Virus record (IMG/VR): IMGVR_UViG_3300023180_000018
Strand: one strand, 5' to 3'
DNA length: 64,000 nt
DNA from: a virus
Part shown: in pieces, positions 47,401 to 55,600 of the stretch
Layout: each line of letters begins with the position of its first letter
How positions within the stretch are numbered: position 1 is the first letter of the stretch
The notes under the pieces: generated by a model
The model's database searches: none
Seen by the model: the letters and a program-made list of their open reading frames with translations, nothing else
What the model was told of the DNA's origin: nothing
Made by a program: the position numbers and the translations under genes

Positions 47401-48627
47401 AATGCCAAATGTAAGCGCATCTTGTTTTGCATTCCAAGTAGCAGCAGATGAAATGTAAGCATCGGCAATCGCTGTACCTTGCCAAGTACCTGAAGTGATA
47501 GTACCTACTTCAGTAATTGCTAGTGAATTAATATCTGCTTGTGTTTGATCTGCTGTTGCGTTAGTTTCAATACCTTCGAGCTTTGTTACTTGCTCGTCCG
47601 TCATTGCGCCCCATGCAGAAGTATTTGCCGCAGGAATACTTGCGTTTGTTCCAGTGCTGCTTGTAATTTCTAAAGCAGTATCATTCGCAGTTGCGGTTAA
47701 ATCTGTTACACCAGTTGGTAGAGTAAAATTGTTTGCTTGAACTGCAGTAACGTGACCTCTTGCATTTGTAGTGACAGAAGAAATAGCAGTAAACGTACCT
47801 TCATTAGCAAGAGTATTATTTCCCGCAGTAGGATCTGATCTTGTTACATCAGCGTGATTAATAACAATGTCAGTTTCTGTTGATTTATCGGCTGTAAAAT
47901 CACCGCCGGTAATTGTTAAACTTATTTCTGTTCCTTCGTTAATATCCAATAAACCATCATTAGGTACAGCGCCAGCGGGTAGTGTAAATGTATTTGCCTG
48001 AATTGCTGTAACATGCCCGCGAGCATTTGTTGTTACACCAGTAATCGCGCTAAATGTACCTTCATGTGTAAGTGTATCTGCGCCTGCAGCTGGATCTGAT
48101 CTTGTTACATCAGCGTGATTAATAACAATGTCAGTTTCTGTTGATTTGTTTGCAGTAAAATCGCCACCAGTAATAGTAAGAGCAATCTCTGTGCCTTGGT
48201 TTATATCAAGTAATGCGTCATTAATATCAGACGGGACTGCGTATCTTCCATCTAAATTTATAACAACGTCTGATAATTGTCCAGATCTTGTTAGAGTAAG
48301 ATTGCCATCTCCTGTTCCAAAACTTCCACCGTCGACGTAATTATCTGTGGTTGAAACTGTTTGGAAAGTTAAAGTACCTTCGCCGTCGGTTACGAGAATT
48401 TGTGCATTAGCGCCATCTGATGTTGGAAATGCATAATCTCCAATTTGAAAAGAAGAAACATTTGCACCTATTTCGAAAAGGGTTGTTCCATCTGTAGAAT
48501 AAAGAATTCTATCATTGACGTTAATGGCTAATTCGCCGACATCAATAAATGCAGAATCTTCAGTATTTGCAACTTCTGGTAGATTGCCCGCAACATTTGT
48601 GCGTTTTATTTGAAATTTAGTAGCCAT
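44449..48627 (-). CDS. long tail fibre protein
   Basis: N-terminal FQIKR...GELAIN..DRILY fibre module; repeated GT(I/W)..GTWQG segments; internal duplications. Confidence 0.8.
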   Translation of the reverse strand: MATKFQIKRTNVAGNLPEVANTEDSAFIDVGELAINVNDRILYSTDGTTLFEIGANVSSFQIGDYAFPTSDGANAQILVTDGEGTLTFQTVSTTDNYVDGGSFGTGDGNLTLTRSGQLSDVVINLDGRYAVPSDINDALLDINQGTEIALTITGGDFTANKSTETDIVINHADVTRSDPAAGADTLTHEGTFSAITGVTTNARGHVTAIQANTFTLPAGAVPNDGLLDINEGTEISLTITGGDFTADKSTETDIVINHADVTRSDPTAGNNTLANEGTFTAISSVTTNARGHVTAVQANNFTLPTGVTDLTATANDTALEITSSTGTNASIPAANTSAWGAMTDEQVTKLEGIETNATADQTQADINSLAITEVGTITSGTWQGTAIADAYISSAATWNAKQDALTFGIADTNSVVINSATVADNDYAKFTATGLEGRNASEVKTDLSLNNVENTALSTWPGSTNITTLGTIATGTWQGTDVAVAHGGTGASDAATARTNLDVDQAGTINYIHPTPTRSDTTSTDAPAYGGTFEAVTSVTSDANGHITAIDVSTVTIPASDNTDEDVSVANLRTRLGQISTDTTIGDAADVQLTMSGDVIVSGNLTVSGTTTTINSNEVNIGDSILILNSDETGTPSQNGGIELERGTSANVLLQYNETNDRWEFTNDGSTYHNIATGVEDGATADQTQADINALAITQVGTISSGTWQGSVIASAYLDSDTAHLSGTQTFTGAKTFSGGITLDTITGSTQASTIDFDDDASGNGTNATSIKSLAGLNLYFDANDNDSSELQIFHGSAEIAAFDASGNFTLTGTVDGVDIAALNTTVSGKQDALTFGIADTNSVVIDSATVADNDYAKFTASGLEGRSASEVKTDLSLNNVENTALSTWAGSTSITTLGTISSGTWNGSVIASAYLDSDTAHLTGAQTFTGAKTFSGGLVASGGISGFDINNGISGTNFNITGVNQLEIADPGEGFVFKAGASGDMTLAIVDDSSDNILRYSGSGAVFDVQGNITLTGTVDGRDVATDGTKLDTIDTNANAYTHPNHTGDVTSTGDGATVIADDAVTYAKMQNLVTGNRLLGGTAAGLIGEVQVAAEMIADDAVSNDKLSNMSNNTIKGNNTGSAANPVDLTAAEVRALINVEDGATADQTQADINALAITQVGTITSGTWQGSAISTAYISNLSGTNTGDEPAASTTVSGIVELATIAETNTGTDATRAVTPDGLGGWTGSSNVTTLGTIATGTWNGSVIASDYLDADTAHLTTTQNFTGAKTFTSDSGITVRSATNGAGATIDFSDHASGSYGQVGTIQYLHSDGAVTTTGGNSTDGWIFSGTETRTVVKVVGDIEATADMYSGGDIELITNGSAVKVNNTPGTWSMYEDAAGDLIFDFA

Positions 48628-48677
48628 ATTGTTCTCTATATAGATATAAACAATAACTTATATAAGTTACCCTATTT

Positions 48678-48685
48678 TATTTATA
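48678..48685 (-). promoter_or_regulatory. late promoter TATAAATA (long fibre)
   Basis: exact consensus. Confidence 0.7.
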
Positions 48686-49307
48686 CAAACTTTGGCCCGT
48701 AAACCCACCAAACAATTGACTTTCTTAGTCCAGTTTTTACTCTACCAACTCGATGTAAAGTCCAGGAAGGAAATGCAATTAAAGTATTTCTTTTTTGTTC
48801 TAACGTAGTTAGTACACCAGAATCCATTATTTGGAATTTTCCACCTTTATATTCTTCTGGATCTGATAGAATTAAACTAAAACTTAATTTTCTATGCATT
48901 GCAGAATTCATTTCTAAATTTGTATTTAAATCTGAAAATTTATCACAATGTAAAGAATAGTGTTGACCTTTATAATACGATGTCAATTGTATAAAATTAA
49001 AACCAGTTAGATTAAATCCAAAATAAGCATCATTGATACTTTCTGTTAATGTATAGAGAGAATGGAACGCAGCAATAGATAATTCATTTGTATCATCGTA
49101 GTTATAAAAACTTAAATTAGAAGATCTAATTTTTGAGTCTTTTATTCCATCACTACTGTCGATACCATCTTTTCTTATTGCTTGAGGATCTGTTGAATTA
49201 AAATATTCTTCTAAAATATTTAATTCGTCTTCTGGCATAGCATTTTCAAAAATTAAATAATCTTCTTGACATAATAATTTTTTTTCTGGATAGGGCGTTA
49301 ATGGCAT
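48681..49307 (-). CDS. 2OG-Fe(II) oxygenase (prolyl-4-hydroxylase/PKHD-like)
   Basis: HCD, RKLSFSLILSDPEEYKGG, FPSWTLHRVGRVKTGLRKSIVWW. Confidence 0.88.
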   Translation of the reverse strand: MPLTPYPEKKLLCQEDYLIFENAMPEDELNILEEYFNSTDPQAIRKDGIDSSDGIKDSKIRSSNLSFYNYDDTNELSIAAFHSLYTLTESINDAYFGFNLTGFNFIQLTSYYKGQHYSLHCDKFSDLNTNLEMNSAMHRKLSFSLILSDPEEYKGGKFQIMDSGVLTTLEQKRNTLIAFPSWTLHRVGRVKTGLRKSIVWWVYGPKFV

Positions 49308-49335
49308 AATATAATTCCATAATATAAAATACTAT

Positions 49336-50280
49336 TTATGTATTTTTTAAAGCATCTATTTCGGCTTTGAGTGCTTTGCACACTGATATTAAAAACGCAG
49401 ATAGTTTTTGATAATCTACAGCTTTAAATCCATTTTCACGAGTTTCAACTAATGTAGGTTGTATTTCTTCAATTTCTTGTGCAATTACACCAATAGCGTG
49501 ACCGGTTTGTTGATGAATATCTGGAAAAGGAATCCAATCATATTCATATCCATTTATTTGATCTAACTTAGATAAAGCATCAGTGATAGGAGTAATATTT
49601 TCTTTTAATCTTTGATCCGAAGAAGCAAACGCTGTAACATCACCGGTACAAGAAAGTGCACCTACGATTCTACTATTTCCATTAACATGTAAAGCATATG
49701 CGCCGGGAGCAGTATTAACGCCTACTCTAGTTGCAGTTGTATCAACGTGTAAAATTGGAGTTGCAACAGCACCAAATACTGTATTTCCACCAGTAACATT
49801 AAGTACTTCATCTGCAGAAAGATATTTAAAAACTACGTCTGAACCAGTTCCAAAGTTGATAGCTTGATCGTCAACTAAAGTAACACTACCTTTTCTCATA
49901 CGAACATTTGCAGCTATATGATTTTCAGGATCAGGATCAGAAACATCACCAAAACTCAATGTTTTTTCTGCGGTACCAAAATATTCATCATCTTCATCTG
50001 AGCGTAAAAACTGGCTTGAAGATAAACCTCCGACTGCAGATCCATTTACATTAGTTAATTGAGAACCATTTCCAAAGAAATACGGCGCTACAACATTTGC
50101 AGCAGCTTCAATAGCATTTTGTGTATTTCCACTGTGTGATTGCCCAATCGACATTACGCCATTAGTACCATCAACATAAAATTTATTAGTGTTTACTGTA
50201 ATATTAGCATCACCTATAACGACGTCGCCGTCTGTAGTTAAGCCTTCTAATACTTCAAATTTTATTGCTTGATTTGCCAT
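49336..50280 (-). CDS. tail-fibre protein with peptidase S74 chaperone domain
   Basis: TGDVTAFASSDQRLKENI, GVIAQE, KAVDYQKL. Confidence 0.85.
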   Translation of the reverse strand: MANQAIKFEVLEGLTTDGDVVIGDANITVNTNKFYVDGTNGVMSIGQSHSGNTQNAIEAAANVVAPYFFGNGSQLTNVNGSAVGGLSSSQFLRSDEDDEYFGTAEKTLSFGDVSDPDPENHIAANVRMRKGSVTLVDDQAINFGTGSDVVFKYLSADEVLNVTGGNTVFGAVATPILHVDTTATRVGVNTAPGAYALHVNGNSRIVGALSCTGDVTAFASSDQRLKENITPITDALSKLDQINGYEYDWIPFPDIHQQTGHAIGVIAQEIEEIQPTLVETRENGFKAVDYQKLSAFLISVCKALKAEIDALKNT

Positions 50281-50283
50281 TTA

Positions 50284-50697
50284 TTAGATCCTAAAAATGC
50301 CAGAAGTATTCCAAGTGACGTCAATATTACCGCCACTAGGAGTAATTGGAAAACCTGTAATACCAGTATCTAACCACGCTACTAATCTAGATGTTGTTGT
50401 AACTGATGTGTCAATCCAAATGAGTAATGCTTCACATGGATCGCCGGCAGGAACAGATAAGAACGATACATCATCAGCGTTAAAAATACCATCTGTAACT
50501 GTTTTATTAGATAAAGTTATTGTAGAAATAATACTAGCACCAGGAATATCTGAATAGAAAGTATCTGTTGGATCATACGTTCCACCAGCAACACCAGTAT
50601 CAATTAATGAAACTTTAACGGTAGAAGTGCTAAGAGCTGTATCAGAATCTCCATTCAATAATGCTTGCTTATAATCTGGATATATCGCATTAGCCAT
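50284..50697 (-). CDS. conserved virion or tail-associated protein
   Basis: MANAIY..YK.ALL...PITPSGGNIDVTW....IF pattern common in phage tail regions. Confidence 0.6.
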   Translation of the reverse strand: MANAIYPDYKQALLNGDSDTALSTSTVKVSLIDTGVAGGTYDPTDTFYSDIPGASIISTITLSNKTVTDGIFNADDVSFLSVPAGDPCEALLIWIDTSVTTTSRLVAWLDTGITGFPITPSGGNIDVTWNTSGIFRI

Positions 50698-50893
50698 CTA
50701 CTTTTTCCTCTTTTTCTTCTGTTTCAGTTTGTTGTGGTGTTAATTGACTAATTTGTGTTTGTAAGTTATCAATAACTTCTTTTGCAACCTGTAATTGTGT
50801 TTCTAAGTTAATAACATCAGCTAATGCTGCGTTTAGTTTTCCTTGTTGTACTTGTACATATTTGTTAATAAAATCAACTTGTCCAGCTTCCAT
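50690..50893 (-). CDS. small coiled-coil protein (possible fibre assembly helper)
   Basis: heptad pattern; GGTGA RBS. Confidence 0.55.
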   Translation of the reverse strand: MEAGQVDFINKYVQVQQGKLNAALADVINLETQLQVAKEVIDNLQTQISQLTPQQTETEEKEEKVDG

Positions 50894-50911
50894 AATTTAT
50901 TCACCTTTTAT

Positions 50912-52066
50912 TTAAAATGTTCCTCCGTCCAAACTTGTAAATGTCGGGACACCGCTTGCATCTAATTGTAATACGTCATATGCTACACCAGCAACCTCAG
51001 CAAGAGCGCTAGTACCTTGACCATACAATAAAGAATTTGTTGTTACACTAGATTTTCCAGTACCACCATGTTCTACTGCAAGATCTGATGTTAATGTTAA
51101 TGACGCTGCAGCTAAAGCACCCATATCTACTGGAGCTAATGTACCGGTACCTACAGTATCACCTGTAGGCTCAGTCGCTAATCCAGTGATAAATTTAAAA
51201 GTACCTGCATCTGATGCATCTCTAAATAACCCTGCGTATTTAGTACCAGTATCATCGTATTCACCATAAAATCCAAAATCTACTGCATCTGTTTGGTTAT
51301 TAGAAGCTAACTTAATCATGTTATCTTCTACTGCTAACGTTGACGTAGTAATCTCGGTAATGCTACCTTGTACATATAAATTACCAGTAGCTGTAATATC
51401 TCTAAACGTTACATCATCTGTAGTTGCAACTGGCTGTCCAATATTAATGCCAGTACCATCTACAGTAACGCCCGTACCGCCAACCGCATATAAACCTGAA
51501 GAATTGGCTAATAAACCGTCTTGTGCATCTACCGCTACATCATCAGCGTTTACAGTAATACCATTACCAGTTCCTACGGTAAGTGTTCTACTTATTGTAA
51601 TATCACCACCGCCGGTTAAACCAGAACCGGCAGTAATATTAACAGCAGAATGATCAATGTGTTCATTCGATACGAAGTTAATTAAAGCATCGTGATCAAT
51701 CGCAGCATCTCTGGCATCTACATAAGCTTTAATTGATTCAGAAGATGCAATAGAAGTATTTGAAACACCTGTAGTCATAGTATCATCATCAATGATACTA
51801 GTAATACCGTACGGCGTGCCACTTGGTCCTAACGTTACTTTAGAAGTTTTTACTTCATCAATAAATGAAATTGAATTTGCGACTAATGCTTGATTAGCTG
51901 TTAAGACTCCTGGAAATCTTTCACCGGCAATTGCAGTTACTGCACTAAAATTACCAATATATAATACGTCACCATTGCCAGACCACGCTAACTCACCATT
52001 GGCTAAACTTAAAGGTTCAGCAACGGTTTCAGATCTTTTAATTTGTATTAAGTTTTGTGTTGCCAT
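50912..52066 (-). CDS. tail fibre-like protein
   Basis: IQIKRS...LANGELAW N-terminal module; LAVEHGGTG; ends LDGGTF. Confidence 0.7.
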   Translation of the reverse strand: MATQNLIQIKRSETVAEPLSLANGELAWSGNGDVLYIGNFSAVTAIAGERFPGVLTANQALVANSISFIDEVKTSKVTLGPSGTPYGITSIIDDDTMTTGVSNTSIASSESIKAYVDARDAAIDHDALINFVSNEHIDHSAVNITAGSGLTGGGDITISRTLTVGTGNGITVNADDVAVDAQDGLLANSSGLYAVGGTGVTVDGTGINIGQPVATTDDVTFRDITATGNLYVQGSITEITTSTLAVEDNMIKLASNNQTDAVDFGFYGEYDDTGTKYAGLFRDASDAGTFKFITGLATEPTGDTVGTGTLAPVDMGALAAASLTLTSDLAVEHGGTGKSSVTTNSLLYGQGTSALAEVAGVAYDVLQLDASGVPTFTSLDGGTF

Positions 52067-52084
52067 CTAAGACTCCAATTTAAT

Positions 52085-52330
52085 TTAGAAGCTTCCACCA
52101 TCCATATAAGCTAGTTTTATTTCATATTTTTGATTACTAGAATTATATTGGAGAGTGGCTCCATCTACTTTATTTACCTCAGTTACGCTTTCAATAGATT
52201 TTAAATCAGACAATACAATATCCTTTACAGTGTTTCTTAAAGTTAAAGGGGCGCTTGTTTGCAAACGACCAGCACTGTTATTGATATCAATTTCAAGACC
52301 GTATGATCTTTGAAAATTTTGATCTGCCAT
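52085..52330 (-). CDS. small virion protein
   Basis: DGATLQYNSSNQKY; ends MDGGSF; GGAGA RBS. Confidence 0.6.
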   Translation of the reverse strand: MADQNFQRSYGLEIDINNSAGRLQTSAPLTLRNTVKDIVLSDLKSIESVTEVNKVDGATLQYNSSNQKYEIKLAYMDGGSF

Positions 52331-52353
52331 TTAAATCTCCAACTATTTGTTAT

Positions 52354-52361
52354 TATTTATA
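52354..52361 (-). promoter_or_regulatory. late promoter TATAAATA
   Basis: exact consensus. Confidence 0.65.
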
Positions 52362-52691
52362 TTAAATTTTAGTTACACCAGGATTTACTGTTAAAATACC
52401 TTCTATAATTCTAGAAACAAGTCCTAAATCATTAGTCAATTCAACATCATAAACATATCTTCCAGGCTCCATTGAATTTGTAGTTGTAGAATCTAGTGTT
52501 AATGTAACAGTACCGTCGGGAACACTTAAAGCTACACCAATATTAATCGCAGTAGAAGAAGTATAATATCTTCTAATTTGACCTGCTCCAGTATATCCTT
52601 GTAGATCTATTGCAGCACCATCTTCTTTTAATGTAATAACAGTTTCCCAATCAGCACCTTGATCTATATTTAAATTTGCTTTCGTTGCCAT
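52362..52691 (-). CDS. conserved Ig-like (BppU-N-like) virion protein
   Basis: NLNIDQGADW...DLQGYT..QIRR...GRYVYDVEL...RIIEGILTVNPGVT. Confidence 0.7.
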   Translation of the reverse strand: MATKANLNIDQGADWETVITLKEDGAAIDLQGYTGAGQIRRYYTSSTAINIGVALSVPDGTVTLTLDSTTTNSMEPGRYVYDVELTNDLGLVSRIIEGILTVNPGVTKI

Positions 52692-55600
52692 TAAGTTGTC
52701 TCTATTTTAACTACATTAAATCTATGTATATCTGTTCCTGTTGCATCAGGACAGTTTGCATTTAAAATAATATGACTATTGTTTGTTGTTGGTGTAATTG
52801 TTACATCTATGCTATTACTTATTTCGCCATATCTGGAGAAAAATACATCTGTTCCATTATGTACACACATAATTTCTACACCATACGCACTCGTAGCATC
52901 ATTTTCATTTCTACCCTGTACAATATACTTGAATCCTCGAGATTCACTGAAAGGTAAACTATCAATTTCTTGATCGCCTGTAGCAGTAACTGCGGTTTCA
53001 GTTGCTAACATAGCAACACCGTTTGCAGTTAATACTTCAATTTCTAGTGAAAAGATATTTGCTACACCTTCAACAATAATATTTGTAAATGTTGCATTAG
53101 CGTTAAAATCTGATTCTGCATTAACTGTTAAAGTATCAGCGCCATCACTACCTAAAACAGTATTATTATTAACAGTTAATGCATTAATATTTGCATCATT
53201 ACCAAAGATATCCCATCTTAATGACGATGAACCTAAATCATCACCTGAAGTTGCAGGATATAAGTATGTTGCTACAGAAGTATTAGAAAGGAATGCATCC
53301 CACCTATGAGTTGAATCTCCAAGATCTTGTCCTGTTTCGTTCGGTTTTGCTGTACTTCCAAATGTTACTGCGCCAGTGAGCGTTGAAGAAGAAGTTACTG
53401 TAGCAGTACCAGTAACTTTAAATGCTTCTGTTGGAGTATCAGTTCCACCTACATGCAATTTGGATGAAACATAACCACTACCATCAACGTTAAGGCCATC
53501 GCTAACTGCGGTGCCTGTTACATTTACGCCGGTGTCTGACGTTTGTAATTTGCTAGCAGCTGCATAATATAATTCAACAGCCCCGTCAGCAGTCATATCA
53601 ATGTAGTTTCCACCTTCTGTATTTTCGATAACTACATTATTGCCTTGTACTATTAAACTTCCAGCACCATTTTCCGTGATGTATGAATGGTTATCAGCAC
53701 TACTATGATACAATTGAAAATCTTGCTCGTCGCCTAATTGTAATTTATCGTTATCACCCGCAACAAAACCATCGGCAACAACATTACCCGTAACAGTGAT
53801 ACCACCTGCCTGTGTATCTAACTTTGCAACACTATTATGATATAGTGTTGCTTCACCGCCAGCAGTACCGACAAAATAATTTCCACCTTCAGTGTCTTCT
53901 ATAACTACACCATTAGCTTGAAGTGCTAAAGAACCTGTACCAGATTCTCGAACATATGAAGTTGTACCATCATTAAAAATTTCCATCGTGGTGCCAAGAG
54001 TAACTTTCTCGCTGTTACCCATTGTTAAACCATCAGAAATAATTGTGCCTGTTACCGTAACACCAGTATTAGTTGTTTGTAATCTTGCGGTTGCAGCAGA
54101 ATATAGAATTGCCGAAGTATTTGTACCGCTTGCAGATATAATTGGTGTAATACCGCCAGAACCATTGTCTGATGAAATAATTACATCTGCATTATCAGCA
54201 TTATTTGTAATGTTTAAATTGCCAGTTTTATTTGTAATAAGAGAAGCTGTACCATTATGATATAATTCTAGATCTTGAGCAGCACCTAGCTGTACTCTTT
54301 CATTGTCGCCTGCGACAAAACCATCTGATACAACATTACCGGTAACAACAACACCACCTGTTGCAGTAGCTAATTTAGCAGCGCCGGCATAATATAAATT
54401 TAAAGCCCCACCAGCCGCCATATCAATATAATTTCCACCTTCTGTATTTTCAAGGATCATATTATTACCTTGAAGTACTAATGAACCGCCGCCTGATTCT
54501 TTGATGATAGAATTGCCTGATGCTTCATGGAAAATTTGTAAATCTTGAGAAGCACCTAGTTGTAATTTTTCTCCATCTCCTGCAACGAAACCATCTGATA
54601 CAACGTTACCGGTAACTGTAATTCCACCGGCCTGAGTAGTAAGTTTTTGTGCATTATTGTGATACATCACGACCGCGCCATTTAATGTTGCAGTAACATA
54701 TGCTTCTGAACCGGTATGACTTCTTACTTCTAGCTTATCAGTAAATAAATTTGTATTAGTGGAACCTCTGACATCTAAAATCGCAGTATTGATATTTGCT
54801 CGTGCGCCAGTATGATAAATTGAAAGATCTGCATCAGTTCCCATCGTAATAAAGTTATTATCATCAAAATTAAGGGTATTAGCTGATTTATCCCATGTAA
54901 GAGTATTAACTGAGGTAGAACCTTCAATGCTAATATCATCTTCGAATAGTGAAGTACTTCTTACACGCAGTGTACTTGTATTAGCTAAATCAGTAATATG
55001 AACTTGATTATTATTAGCTAATAGCGCTGGTGAATCGTCTGGCGAATATAGATAGGTTCCAACACCATCATCGCCAACAAGGTAACGCGACGCATCTGCA
55101 GCGCGCAATGTAAGATCTGTTGCTTGGATAATTAATGAACCAGTTCCTGACTCAGAAATGATAGAATTATTTGCAGCAGCATCAAAATAAATTTCTAATT
55201 CGCCGTCTGTACCAAATGTTGCTTTCGCGTTATCATTCCAATTCATTGTACGTGTTGTAGCAGTCCATGTTAATGCATCTTCATTTGTTGATACCGCATC
55301 AGATTCAAACTTAACATTAGATTGAACACGCAATGTATCTGTATTTGCTTCACCTTCGATTTCAACACCATAAGACTTAGTAGCAAGTTTTTGTGTACCA
55401 TAATGATAAAGAACAACATCACCGCTACTACCATCGGCTCTAATATAATCTGCTACGCCACCGTTGCTGTCGTCTGTAGCAATAAGAATATCGGCGTTAT
55501 CAGCATTATTTTTAATAACAATGTTGCCAGTAGAGTTGTCAATTCGTGAAGTAGTAGCATCGTGATAAATAGATAAATCACCACTCGTACCAAAAGTAGC

